From NCBI RefSeq assembly GCF_004010195.1, contig NC_057731.1, positions 9,840,273 to 9,904,272 of the forward strand: a stretch of DNA of 64,000 nt. Reading direction: 5' to 3'. Below the pieces are notes generated by a model. It did not search any database. It saw nothing but the letters and a program-made list of their open reading frames with translations, and was not told the origin of the DNA. The stretch is from Chiloscyllium plagiosum. Taxonomy: Eukaryota. Positions 12,880 to 26,220 of this stretch are shown here, piece after piece. Position 1 is the stretch's first letter. Every line of letters begins with the position of its first letter. The position numbers and the translations under genes are program-made.

Positions 12880-14240
12880 GTGGTGGATATGAAAATTTAA
12901 TTCAATCAATAAATCTAATGGTTAGTGTCATTGTAGATTGTCATTAAAAAAAAGTCTGATTTACTGATGTCCTATGGGGAAAGAAAATTTACATCCTCAT
13001 TTGGTCTGCCTACAAATGTCTGCATGAGTGGTAGATTCTTATCTGCCTCCTGAGATGGCCTTGCAAGCTGCTCAGGTGTATCATCTACTGAAAAAGTCTA
13101 TATAAGGGGATAAATGGGACAACCATCCCAACATGAAGCAAGGCTTTGGAAACAACAGTACAAATGCTTCCCGGACAATGCTGAAAAGTCCTCCTAATTA
13201 ACACCTGGGGCTGGTGCCAAAATTAGGAGAGCTGGATGAGGAAGGATGAACTGGCTCCCCTTCTGCATTTGTTTCCCCACCAACTCAATTGGCCACAACA
13301 AGATTAATTTGCAACAGGTCCCCTCCCTTTCTCTCACACCAAATGAAGTCATGTTTGAAATGGAACCGACTTAAGTAGGCTTAACAAAAGAGCAAGTTTC
13401 TTCATTAGTAAATCCAAGAATAAATAATAACACACATATTGAAAATGAGAAGTGAGTTTAAAAAAAGTTATAAGTTAAAAGACACCTGAATCAGTATCTA
13501 GAACATTTGGGAAGAGTAGATAGTGGAACATTAATAGTTAAGCAGTTGATTTCTGAATTCTTGGTTTTGCAAAATAATTGAGATGTTTTTGTTCTGTATC
13601 CTTTTGACTGGCTTTCTGGTTTCTGACACTCGGGGTACAGAATTCTCTAGCCTAAGAAAATTCCCAGGATATCACAATTCAGATTATGATACATTTCTCC
13701 CCTCTTCATTCCATCTTTAGTGAAGCTTCCTTGTTACCTCTTCAGGTGTGACAATGCATGGTCTTTGTCTCTCTACCTCCAGACACAGCCACTGAATTTA
13801 CATCGACAGTTAACTGTTAGCTGTATGTTCTTTTTTAAAAGAATACAAATACTGTAATTTGTTAAGTTCATAGATGATTTAGTGTTATGATCATATCAAC
13901 ACATCCAGTCACGAATGGTAGTGAACAATTAAATGATTCACTGGAGGAGGAAGCTTTGCTAATGTCAATATCTTTAATGATGGAGAAGCCAAGCACATCA
14001 CTGCAAAAGTCATGGCTGAGATAACAACTATATTTATTCACAAGAGAGAATGATTTTTCCCAGCATCTTCCGAGTCTCGCAGACTCATAGATGCTAGTCT
14101 TTGGCCAGTTAAATTCAGGCCATGTGATACCAAGAAGTGAATATTTGAAGGCACTGGATACTGCAAAACAATGGCCTCTCTCAACATTCTAGCCAAAGAG
14201 TGAAGTCATGAGCTCCACAACTAGGTGCACCCCTACCCCA
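12880..14240 (+). mobile_element. Fragments of the second LINE family (head plus endonuclease start about 12880-13235; internal piece about 13900-14240) around an unassigned, possibly LTR-like insert
   Basis: Collinear similarity to 40200-40560 and 42060-42400 (e.g. gtgccaaaattaggagagctg vs ttgtcaaaattgggagaactg). Confidence 0.6.
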
Positions 14241-14249
14241 ATACTATAA

Positions 14250-14950
14250 ATGTGGTATGATTAAAGTTTTATACACCTGCAACATGACTTTCCAACTTCT
14301 TTACTCAATGTCCTGACCAATGAAGGCAAGCATGCTGTATGCATACTTTACCACCTTATCCACTTGTATAGCCATTTTTAGTGATCTTTGCACTTGCACA
14401 CCAATACTGCTCTGTTTATCAATACTCCTAAGGATCTTGCCATTGACTGTACACTTCTTCTTGCATTTGACCTCCCAAAATGCATCACCTCACACTTGTC
14501 CAGATTAAACTCCATCTGCCATTTCTCTACTCAACTTTCCAATTGATCTACATTCTGTTGTATCATTTAACAATATTCCTCACTATCCACAACTCCACAA
14601 ATTGTCATTTTATCTGCAAACTTACTAATCAGACCACTTACATTTTCATCCGAATCATTGATATCTTATACAGAGGTCCCAGCACTGATCCTTGCAGAAC
14701 AGCACTGGTTACAGAACTCCAGTCAGAAAAATAACCCCCAACCCCATCTACCCCCTGCATCTACCCTCTGTTTTCCATGATCAAGCCAATTTTGCATCCG
14801 ACTTACCAACTTACCATGGATCCCATATAACTTAATCTTCTCAATTAGCCTACTGTGAGAAAATCTTTAGTAAAGTCCTTGCAAACAACATGCACTGCAC
14901 CACCCTCATTAATTACCTTTGTCACTTCCTCAAAAAACTCAAACAGGTTT
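14250..14950 (-). mobile_element. CR1 LINE internal RT fragment
   Basis: Reverse complement of CR1 RT (tcatttta tctgcaaactt = KFAD; gtcacttcctcaaaaaactc = EFFEEVT). Confidence 0.85.
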
Positions 14951-15404
14951 GATTGTCTGAAAGTTGTTTGGAGCTCTTGTACTGGATTAATAGCCAGTCA
15001 TCAATGAACAATCCTACTCCCATACTAAGTCCTTAGTACTAAGTACTTAGGCACTAAGTCCTCTGCCACTGCTTCATATTGTAGACAGATTTAATAAAGC
15101 ATCACTTAGACTCTTGAATCCATTTCCTATTTTCAAAGTTCACACCTGTTTATTTTTAATGTGAAGTGTTACAAAAACATGGATTGCTTTGACTGTTACA
15201 TAGATAAATTGCGTCATTCAACTGCAGGTAAAATGCAATGTCATCTCACCAATGTATATATTGCTTATTATTCTTATACATGCAAAATATTTATAGCAAC
15301 TTATATCATCTCTAACACTTCTAACTTTTTGAACTATCATAAGACATCTAATAGGAGTAGTATAAAACAAATTATGACCCAAACCCAGATGAGGAGATAT
15401 TATA

Positions 15405-15830
15405 TGAGATGATAGATTACTTGGCCAAACTAATAGGTTTGAAGGACAATGTTGAAGCTGGAAAGTGAGGGAGGAAGGCAGAGAGATGTATGGAATTCCA
15501 CAGTTTAGGACTTCAACAGCTGAAGGCAGGGCCACCAATAGCAGGGTAGTTAAAATCTGTGTTGCAAAAAAGGCTAGAATAAGAAGCACACTTTTTTTTG
15601 TGAGGTTTGCAAAGCTTAAGGAGATTACAGAGACGGGTAGTGGGCAACTCTGCAGACAGATTTAAAAGCAAGGGTGAGAATTTTAAAATCAAGGCACCAC
15701 ATGACAAAGAGCCATTGCAGTTCAGCAAACCCAGTGGTAATAGGAGTACATGACTTACTGCATGTCAACACATAGGCAGCAGAACTTTTAATGATCTCTG
15801 CAGAGAGTAGAATAGTGAGACCAATCAAGA
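15405..15830 (-). mobile_element. L2-type LINE 3' remnant
   Basis: Peptide ITTGFAELQWLFVMWCLDFKILTLAFKS resembles the L2 motif ITPxLxxLHWLPVxxRIxFKILLLxFK. Confidence 0.7.
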
Positions 15831-16360
15831 GATAACAAAGACATAAACTAACGTAAGAGACATAAAATATAAGAAGATGATATAAATTTCAGGAGCAGGT
15901 GAGCGGATGGGAGTAGTTAGTCTTAGTAACTAGAAGCAAGTACATTTGAAATAAGCTTGTTCGCATTATCAGATAATCTAATTGTTTGTAAATGATAAAA
16001 CGTGCAGGTTTACAGTGCACTTAGTTCATAATTACTGCTGAACAGTCTCTTTTGAACTGAAAAATTGATTGTATGTTTATGGAATGTCAAATTATCTATG
16101 ATGTTTGAACAATTTTAAAACAAATGTTTCCTTTTAAAATTTGTTTTATGGTAGTTCATTCTTGATATAAATCCACTTATATGTCAAACTTCAATGCACT
16201 TTACTACCTGTTTCACTGTTCAATGTGAGAATACTTGGGTATGATCAGCTGATTACCAGTTGATGTCAATGCCGATAGATCCTTGAAGCACTCATTAACT
16301 TTATAACAAATTAGATTTGCTGTTGAGAAAGGTAAATCCACACCACACTGAGATCTCACA

Positions 16361-16740
16361 AGGTGGTGGTATAGTAATGTTGTGGATATGTCACCGGATA
16401 AGTAAATCAGTACCTCAGGTTAATGTTCTGCAGACATGAGTTTGAATTCCACAATGGCAGGGAATAAAATTTGACTTCAGTAAAAGTTTAAATAAAAAGC
16501 TGGCCCAATGATAAACATATTGGTTGTTGTGAAAACGCAAGTGGTTCATTAATGTCCTTGAGAGAAGGAAATCTGCTGTCCTTACTTGGTCTTGCCTACC
16601 TGTGACTCCAGACCTATATCAATGTGGTTAAGTATTTGCTGCCCTCTGAAATGGCCCTGACAAGCCACTCAGATCAAGGGTAATTGGGTATGGACAATAA
16701 ATGCTGGTCCAGTCAGTGGCATCCATGTCCCTTGAAATAA
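16361..16740 (+). mobile_element. tRNA-headed SINE family 2 (full-length, bipartite derivative of the second LINE)
   Basis: Head ggtggtggtatagt...gagtttgaattcc; body matches 40135-40410; tail ggacaataaatgctgg matches the LINE end near 60910-60940. Confidence 0.8.
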
Positions 16741-18481
16741 CAAAACACCTTTAAGGGCAGACTTCTTCTCTGCTAACAGCAGAGGGCATAATGCTTCATC
16801 GTTGACCACAAAGTCCATGTCATTGTTTCCTAAGATACAGAAATTGAGTTTGACTGGAGAATTTGTACAATGATGGAACATTCAAAACTTGCTTTGATAG
16901 TTTTATCTCTTCTAAAAGTGCTGACAACAGTACCGGGTTGAAGACTTCTATACTACTTCAAAGCAAATAGTAATTTTTCTTGTAAAACTTCACATTGAAT
17001 GTTAGCAGAATATTTTAGCTTTTGGGTTACAGTCTAAAACTAGGCAAAATGCCATTACTTTCCTACATCCATGCACATCATTTCCAAATACTGCTCACCC
17101 ACAATTGATCAGATCAGATGAGATAGTGGCACACTTTCTTAACCAAGGAACTGCAGAGTTGTATTTAAGGTCTTTATGTAAAGATCAAGTTAGTTAATAA
17201 ATAATAAATAGAAATCATTTTTGAAAAATCTCACAAAGTACCATGGTAAAATTGACACATTTCAATAGGATGTAGTATGCACACAATGTATTTTATTCTA
17301 CATTAAAAGACAGTAATAACCTGCATAATACCCTACACTGCTTTAATGAGGTGCTTCATCATAGTTGGCATCACGCACATGTTTCTGAAGAAGAAATCCC
17401 TTAAACTGAAATCAGCAAACCGTTTGAGATTAACTGCATGTTTTTTTCTCAAATGATCAAAAGGCAAGAGGAGCAAATATATTGAAGAAATAAATCATCT
17501 TAGAATTTATGCTCATTGACATTCAGAGAAGGAAAGTGGCTTTGGATAGTTAACAAATTTCTCTATTTGGTCAGATCAGAGCAATGACATGCAAAGCTAT
17601 TGGAAAATAATTGAAAGCTTAATTAATCCAGCTTTAAATAATTTTCAAAAGGCCAATGCAAAGGTTTTGTGACAAAACTAGTGACTGTCTTAGGTATTAA
17701 GATAAATGACCATTGCAAATTTCAACATTGACAAAGGGAGAGGAAAAAGCATGAGTTGGCTGGGATGTAGCCGATCTGATACAACTTGTTTATTCCCAAT
17801 CAGAAGTTAAAGTTCTATCCGATGTTTCCACTGCAACCAGAACATTATCAATGCTTGATTTTGATTTACTAACTGTTAAAATCCACTTCTGGGTGGAAGT
17901 TATTTTTAACCAAATGAGGACCACATGTCCTCTTCATGTGACATAACTTAACACCACGTGACATAAGTTAATGCCCATAACCAAGCAGACTGGAACTTCA
18001 TCTTTAACAGACAAAAGCCCATTGATCGATCAATCTGGTAGTAGATCAGCATCACATTCTTGCCTTCAATATTTTTCTCAATTCCTACAGCACACTATTA
18101 TCCTTTAATTTAATAAACCTTCCTGGACTCTTTTTTTTTCAAAACTCAATTCTTATTGAAAATCTTATGTCTGATCTGGATTCTTAGTCCTAAACCTCTT
18201 ATTCTGAATGCTATGCCCTGATACTTTATTGCATTTGTATTGTATGGTATTTTGTCAAGACGTTTGATAATGTTGAAAATTTTAATTGCTTTTAAACAGT
18301 GCCTTATATTGAAGGAAGGTATTTCTAAATAATACTGCTTAAAATAATAAGGTACACATGATCCATAGTAATATTTGGTATATGCCTCATCTCATGCCAT
18401 CTTCAATTTTGATTTTTAGAAAAATACAGTCACTTTATATCGCAAGTATATAGCCCAAAACAGATCAACTGCTATCAGTTA

Positions 18482-19920
18482 CAGAACAGCCTCTGTTATC
18501 CTGATTATCTGAAGAAGATCTGAAGATCCTGAAGTTTGAGATCGGAAACCAGACTCTGTGCCTACCTGCAGAAACTCTCATTCCAAGACAGACTGCCCAC
18601 CAGTGAACTCAACAACTTCTCTCCCGCTCTGCCTCTGCCATTCATGTATTTATTAATTTCTTATACATCCAATACGAATGGTAATGAACTTTAAGATCAT
18701 TTGTTGACAAGTACTTATTTTTAGCAACTGAAGTATTTGATTTATAAATTACCACTACCGCAGCCGCTAAGAAATTGTCCTTGATCTGAAAACAATATAC
18801 TGTACCAAGATTTATTGCAAAGATAATCATATACTTTCCATTGCACCAAATGGTATTTTGCAGTAACGTTTTTACCAAGTGGTTTTCATTTTGTGATGCG
18901 TTCAAATGCTGGTAAACTCTACAACGTAAATACTCTCTAGCAGGAAAGGATTTTACAAACGGAGTGTAGCTCCGCACATTCTGAATTAGTTCTGCTGGTG
19001 AAATATTTTCACTTTTTGTTTCTGGGGGAGGGTCAAACATCTATTTTCTGTCATCATCGACCAGTACTCCCAGCATTGATATAATTGTTTATGTTCAAAA
19101 TGGGAAGCCAATTTCCAATGATACAGGACAAATTCAGTTTAGCATCTCAGTAATTCTTATAAAAAATGTGGTGCAGCAAAAGGTCATAGGATTTTCAGTA
19201 TTTCCTGATGTTTTGTGATAATGTGCAGGTAATGCTAATAACCATCACAAAGGAAATCACCTTCCCAATGCATGATTGACAAATGCCAAGCTAAATCAGT
19301 AGATAGTTATTGGGGGCATGTTGACAATGCAAATATCCTCAAAGTTATTGTCAAAACCGGGTCATCATCGAGAACGAAAGAAGTTACAATGATGTGACTG
19401 CGACAGCCATTTCCAGTATTCCAAGCATAGATACTCAAAATGGGAAGCCGATTTTCAATGAATCAGGACAAATTTAATTTTGCATCTCGGTACTTCTTAT
19501 AAAAAATGTAATGAAAACTCTTTCAGAAAGGTTATTGTAGGTAGAAACCTTGTACTTGTGTTCTCAAACTATGTCTTGGTGTTAAAGGGATGGGACTGTG
19601 CTTGCAAATGTTCAGAGTTATCTGTGAAGCTCTGATTCACTTTAACCTTTTTCAAAATACTTCCATTAATTGTGGAACAATTTGATCTATTTTAACCATT
19701 TTCAAAATTATCTGTCGTCATAAATGCCCTTGTTTTGATTTGATCAAGTTGACTGCTGTAAGACATGAGTCAGTGCTTCTGGCTGAGGCTTTATGTTACG
19801 GGGCTCCATTTACACTTGGGAATGCTTCCTTTGTTTATGATAAGATCAGTTAACCAAACAATCAGTTATCCAAACAAAATACTCCCCACCCATCTCATTC
19901 AGAGAATCGAAGTTGTTCTG
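18482..19920. mobile_element. Non-autonomous Tc1/mariner-pogo (Tigger-like) TIR element, about 1.44 kb, TA TSD
   Basis: Left end TA|cagaacagcctctgttatcc (TA 18480-18481); right end ...gagaatcgaagttgttctg|TA (TA 19921-19922; reverse complement cagaacaacttcgattctc). No transposase motif recognised inside. Confidence 0.65.
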
Positions 19921-20209
19921 TATATGCTAGAATTTAATATTGGTTATAGTAATTGATTAATAAAAATTCTGATTGCTTAGAAGAGCTGACATGGTCATGA
20001 TCATGCATCCTAACCCCACATTAGAATGGACATATTGCACATTTAATTGTAACATGGAAAAAAGGCAATATAGCCAAAAAATGTCTGCAGATGTAATTCT
20101 AGTGTGACACACCAATACAGAGTCAGGGACACTTCAAAGAGAAACCATAAGGAAGAGATAACAAGAGGCTCTGAACAGTCTTTGCAGTATCAAATGTCTC
20201 TTGTTATCT

Positions 20210-21840
20210 CTTCCTGGCAATAGTATTGAAGACTTATCATAACCCTAGCCAAGCTGTTCCAGTACAGCTATAATAGTGGCATCTATCTGACAGTGTGGAA
20301 AATTGCCCAGGTATGTCCTATACACAAAGATCTGGACAAATCCAAAGGTAATTATCACTCAAATTGTTTACTCTTGACTATAGGTAAAGTGTTGGAAGGC
20401 ATCATCAACAGTGTAATCAACCAGCACGGTGGCTCAGTGGTTAGCACTGCTGCCTCACAGCATCAGGGACTCAGATTCGATTTCAGCCACAGGTGACTGT
20501 CTGTGTGGAGTTTGCACATTCTCCCCGTGTCTGTGTGGGCTTTCTCCGGGTGCTCTGGTTTCATCCCACAATCCAAAGATGTGCAGGTTAGGTGAACTGG
20601 CCATGCTAAATTGCCCATAGTGTTCAGGGATGCAAAGGTTATGTGCATGAGTCAGGGGCAAATGTAGGGGAATGGGTCTGGGTGGGATACTCTTCAGAGG
20701 GTCAGTGTGGACTTGTTGGGCTGAAGGGCCTGTTTCCACATTGTAGGGATTCTAATTTGTTAAAAAGCACCTGCTCATTGGTGCTTAGTTCAGGTTCTGC
20801 CAGGGCCATTCAACTCCTGACTGAAATGCTGCCTTGGCTGAAATGTGGACAAAAGAGGTGGATTCCAGAAGCAGGTTGAGAGTGATAGTCCTTGCCATCA
20901 ACGCTGCATTTGACTGAGTGTGGCATCAAGGAGTCCTAAGTGGAGTCAATGGAAATCCAGGATAACACATTCAGAGGGAGGAAGATGGTGGTTGGTTAAT
21001 GGGCATCAGTCATCTCAGCTACATGACACCTCCGGAGGAGTTCATCAGGGTAGTGTTCTAGGCCTAAACATTTTCAGCTGCTGCACCAATAATATTCCCT
21101 CAATCGTAAGGTCAGAAGTGGGGATGGTCACCAAATATTGCACAATGTTCACCACCATTCATGACTCTACAGATACTGAAGCAGCCCGAGTTCAAGTGCA
21201 GCAAGAACTGGACAATACCCAGGCTTAGTTTAAAAAGTGGCAAGTAATATTCATACCACACAAATACCAGGCGATGGCTATCTCCACAAACAAACAACCT
21301 AAGCCACCATCCCTTGACATTCAGTGGTATTACTATCACTGAATCTGCCACTATTAATATCCTTGTGGTTATCATTGACCAGAAACTAAACTGGACTAGC
21401 CATATAAATAGTGGCTGCAAGTGCTGATCAGAGGCTAGGAATACTGCAGCAAATAACTCATCTCCTTACTCGTCAAAATCTATCCCACAAGTACTACACC
21501 CCACTTGCCTGGAATGATTGCAGCTCTAAGCACACTCAAGAAGCTGTTCACAATCCAAGTCAAAGCAACCTGTATGATGAGCACCACATCCACAAAATTT
21601 CAGTCATGCCACCACGGCACTCAGTAGAACAAAATACATTTCAGAATTTCACGAAGATCCTTCAATAGTACCTTCCCCCAATTCCACAGCCACTATCATC
21701 GAGAAGGACAAGGACAGCAAATACATGGTAACATTTCCAACTGCAAGTTCCCTCAAAGCCACTCATCATCCTGATTTGGAAAGGTATTGCTGTTCCTTTA
21801 CTTTTGCTGGGTCAAAATACTGCACACCAGCACCAACACT
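20210..21840 (+). mobile_element. Second LINE family (divergent CR1/L2-group), RT to near the 3' end, with nested HE1-like SINE
   Basis: WKIAQVCPIHK..NYHSNCLL..IGKVLEGII and GVHQGSVLGLNIFSCCTNNIPSIVRSEVGM peptides; collinear with 42340-43215. Confidence 0.85.
20422..20755 (+). mobile_element. HE1-like V-SINE
   Basis: gcacggtggctcagtggttagcactgctgcctcacag...gggcctgtttccaca. Confidence 0.92.
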
Positions 21841-23384
21841 GTGTCTACTGAACTGAAAGTACAGAGAGAGCTTTAATATCATATGAACTTTTTCAGAGTT
21901 CCTGGGATACAGTTGAAAAATGTTAAGATTATTTTAGAATTCTGTGGACATAAAACTTTCAACCAACTCATAACATCTTTTCTGGGTATGTGTATGAAGT
22001 TCCCAGAAGGTAAAGATCTGTCAACACTTCATGAGCCAGCAACAGGTCATTTATGAGTCAAACCCAGTTACTGTGACAGAACATATTTCAGCAGCACACT
22101 CACTCTCTCCCTCTGCTCTGGAATCAGATTCAGGGCTCAGACTCCAGGGAAAGTTCTCATCCTTCCTGCTTTTATAGTTAACATTTAGCCCTGAAAAAGT
22201 GAACAGCAGCTGGAGATTCACTTCTTTGGATTCTTACCACATTACCACACCAATAATTTAATTGCTTACTACTTAGATAGGAGGGAGAAATTTATTAAAA
22301 ACTATCTGAATCTGCTGTTGAGACCTTACCAAAAATGCTAAGTGAATTGATCTGCCAGCTGGGGTGAAAGATTACATGTAAAATCTTTGAGGTAGTGATT
22401 GTTGTGCATTTTCAGCACTTTAAAAATTGTGCATAAATATCAATTCTAAAATTAGTATTCAGAAGCTCTGCAAACATTTTCCGGCAAGCCACTTGATTTG
22501 TAAAAGTTTGTTTTCAAATATTTTAGAAAACAAAAGTGGCCAAGCGTAGGATGGAGAAGGGCAGTTAGCACCCCACCACCCCCACCCCATGAGGTTGAGA
22601 TATCCTGAAAAAAAAGCTGTTCATATTATCTTGCTTTAGTGAGGCATGTTTTCTCCAGTTGACAGAGAACAAACTCTGATTGATGTGGTGAAGATGATTC
22701 CAAAGACTTTTTGAAAAAGAAAACAATAATTCCTTCTGGAAGATGGAACCTTTTAATTCCAAGTAAAACAATTTTAGGAAAAAATTCTAAAGTTTGCAGT
22801 CATATTAAACTGCAAGATATTTTTGGTGATTTTTGTATTTACAAAGTCCAGAATAATGGTTGCAATTCTCAATGACTATTTGGAGCTTTGAAATTCCTGG
22901 ATATCAAGAGCTGAAATGGGAGATTGCAGAGATGGCATCTTTCAGACTTATACTGTAGAAGAGATTCTCCAGGGATAGGACCAACGGTTAATCAGAAATG
23001 CTACATTTGCAATCAAACAGAAAGCTACTGGGTGACCTTGTGGTAATGTGACCATTCAGCTGTTGAGAGACTTGTGGGAGCATGAGCAGTACTGAAGGAA
23101 CATTGTATTGCAGTTGTAACATTGGGAGGTCAAGACCAGAGAGGGGGAAGACCACCAGTTACAACTACCCAACAGACTGACAACTTTCAGTGGTTAGGTA
23201 CATTTTACTGTGCTCATGCACAAAGGTTTTGGGAGGGGTGTGGCGGGTCATGTCAGGGTGAAGACAGGATGTCAAATATTTTGCTGAGACTCATCAGTGT
23301 CTTGTACACCTGTGACAAGGCTTACATTTATATTTAACCTCCCCATGTAGTAATGATCTTATTACTTGCTAACATTGCGAGTCC

Positions 23385-24020
23385 TGTGCAAGGACATACA
23401 GATCCCTCTGCAGCTTCTCTCCACGTAAATATTTTGCTTTTGTATTTTTCCTGAAGTGGACAGCCTCACACTTTCACACATCAACTGCCAAATTTTTGCC
23501 AGCTCACATTTAACCTGACAATACCCACCTTGTCAAGCCTAAGAATTTTATTTGTTTCAGTCAAATCTCCTCTCAATCTTCTAAACTCCACTGAGTACAA
23601 GCCCAACCTCTCCCCTTAGAAAATCCCTCAATACTCAGGGTCAACCTAATGAACTTTCCCTGGACTGCCTTCAACACCAGTGCTCCTTTCATTGGATATG
23701 GGGGCCAAAACTACTCTCAGTATTCTACCCAATGTCTTGTGTAGTTTGAGCAGGATTTAGCTATTTTTATACTCCACTCTCTTTTAAAACAAAGGATAAC
23801 ATTCCATTGGTCTTCCCTGTTACCTGTTAAACTTAAATGCCAGCTTTTGGTAATGTATGCATGTGGACCACCAATTTTCTCTGTGTTCCAGCTTTGTTCA
23901 GTCTTTTTCCATTTAAATAAAATTCAGTTCCTCCATTCTTCCTGCCAATGGTTATAATTTCACATTTCCCTAAATTACATTCCATCTGTCAAGTTCTTTT
24001 CAACTCACTTCAGCTGTCCT
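23385..24020 (-). mobile_element. Old CR1 fragments
   Basis: Reverse complement of CR1 ORF2 C-terminal sequence (aaatctcctctcaatcttctaaactcca; ccaaaactactctcagtattc). Confidence 0.65.
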
Positions 24021-24029
24021 TTCTTTAAA

Positions 24030-24313
24030 ATTCATTCATGGGATGAGGTCATCGCTGGATAAGCCAGCACTTATTGCTCATCCCAAACAGCAGTTAAGAG
24101 ACAACCACATTGCTGAGAGTCTGGAGTCACATGTGGTCCATAATAGGTAAGGATGACAGTTTACTTCCCTAAAAGATATTAGTGGACCAGATGTATTTTT
24201 CCGACAACTGGTGATGATTCCATGGTCACTGTCAGACTCTTAATCCAGAGATTTTTAAAATTGAATTCAAATTTCACCATTGGCCATTGGCAGGATTCGT
24301 ACCTGGGTCCCCA
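24030..24313 (-). mobile_element. tRNA-headed SINE family 2, 5'-truncated
   Basis: Reverse complement of the 16361-16740 family, with B box and (atga)n tail. Confidence 0.8.
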
Positions 24314-25895
24314 TTTGATCCAGACTTTCTGTTAGCTAGATAGTCGGTGTTCTAGCATAGATGCTAAAAGCAGAGTTGCACACTGGGACCCGACAGAATT
24401 TTCACTGTATCAGACTCCAAAGGAGTTGCCCAGGAAATCTAGTTGTCTACTGGACAACTCCTCTACAGTTGGAACCATCCAAAGATCTTAATTTAAATGA
24501 GCTCATTGGGAGGATCCAACTAAATTAAGTCAAATAGTTAATAGTTAATAGTTCGACTATTAAATGTGTAGTCTAACTCCTGAGTAACTAATCAACAAAC
24601 CCAATGCCTACCTCACACCCCCCAAATACACATCACGCAGACCCTGACCTGAGCCCACCTCCCTCTGAGTCCCCTATTGCTGGACCTGACCCAACGTCTG
24701 TTTCCCTTTCTGCCTGACGTGCTCTCCCATCGACCAATCCTCATCTGAACTCACTCCTCCATACCAGGACTGCCTCACCCCAAACCAGAACTGAGCAGAC
24801 CTGAATCCTCTGCCACTGAACCAGAACCCCCTGGACCTGATATCCGTTCTCTTTGCCGTCAACCACACCCAGTTTTCCCCATTCACATTGACGTGCTGTA
24901 AACACTGTATCACTTACCTGACCCCCTTGCTATCTTGTACATTGGCACTCTACTCATTTTCCACCCTACTTCACTGCTTCACACCTGGCTACTTGCACCC
25001 TACTTAACTGGTAACCCACTCCCTCCTCATCTGGCATCCTAATCCTCCTAAGCTGGCATCCTCCTGGTACAATACACTGTTTACCTGGCACACTACCCCC
25101 TACTGGCATCCTATTCCCCAGCATCACACCTATAACCAGCTGGCACCCTCCTAGGTTTAAATAAGGGCACCCTACTGTCATGCTTATTGTATGTAACTAG
25201 TATATGACAACAACTGTCAAACTGACTGTCAGGACCTTTAAATTTTAAAGCACGGCAGCTAACTGCTATGAAAAGTGGGCATGGTTTGCCTTCCTCTAAA
25301 AGGTCTACACTGTGAAAGAACTATCAGAATAGAAATAGAGTTCTGTGTTTCTGATGGAGCCTTGATTGGAATCTGGTCTCAAAAATATGGAGCTCTCTTT
25401 GTTCACAAAAAGGCAGCTGCAGTGGCAATCTGTGTGAAAGTCTTTAGAAAAATCTATCCATCGTGTTTTTCACCTATTTTTGTGTCCTTCGAAAACTCTG
25501 TGTCAGTGTGATTTTTGGCATTCCAAGTCATTAATATATATTGTAAAATATTGGGCCACTGATCCACGTGGCACTCTAGTTACAGGTTGTCATCATGAAA
25601 ATGCCCATCTTATTCCAGTGTTTCTTTAGTTTGCCAATCTCCCATCTGTCTGTCCATGCTATTATATTACCTCCAACACTATGGTCTTGTATCTTATTAA
25701 GTAGTCTTATGTACGCTACTTCTACTGGAAATCCAAATATATTACATCTCTCAGTTCATGTTTGTATCTCCATGAAAGAATTTGAATGAATTTGCCAGGC
25801 ATGATTTCCCCTACATGAAATCTGTTTTCTGTTTGTCTCCCTCCACTTTTGAATAAGGGTGTTACATGTGCACTTGTGCATCCACTATCTCTCTA

Positions 25896-26150
25896 GTTCA
25901 ATTCCCGCCTCAGGCGACTCTCTGTGTGGAGTTTGCACATTCTCCCAGTGTCTGCGTGGGTTTCCTCCGGGTGTTCCGGTTTCCTCCCACAATCCAAAAA
26001 TGTGCAGGTTAGGTGAATTGGCCATGCTAAATTGTCCGTAGTGTTAGGTGAAGGGGTAAATATAGGGGAATGAATCTGGATGGGTTGCGCTTCGGCGGGT
26101 TGGTGTGGACTTGTTGGGCCAAAGGGCCTGTTTCCATGCTGTAAGTAATG
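25896..26150 (+). mobile_element. HE1-like V-SINE, 5'-truncated, CpG-rich (young)
   Basis: gttcaattcccgcctcaggcgact...gggcctgtttccatgctgtaag. Confidence 0.9.
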
Positions 26151-26220
26151 TAAAAAAAGTAATCTTATTACTCTAATTACCTTAATATGAGTCTTATGAA
26201 CAGGCATTCTCAATAAAGTA

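Noticed and set aside
22326-22400. Minus-strand GTAAG donor as candidate PCDH15 exon 9
   Set aside because: Upstream translation does not resemble [20 protein letters not shown].
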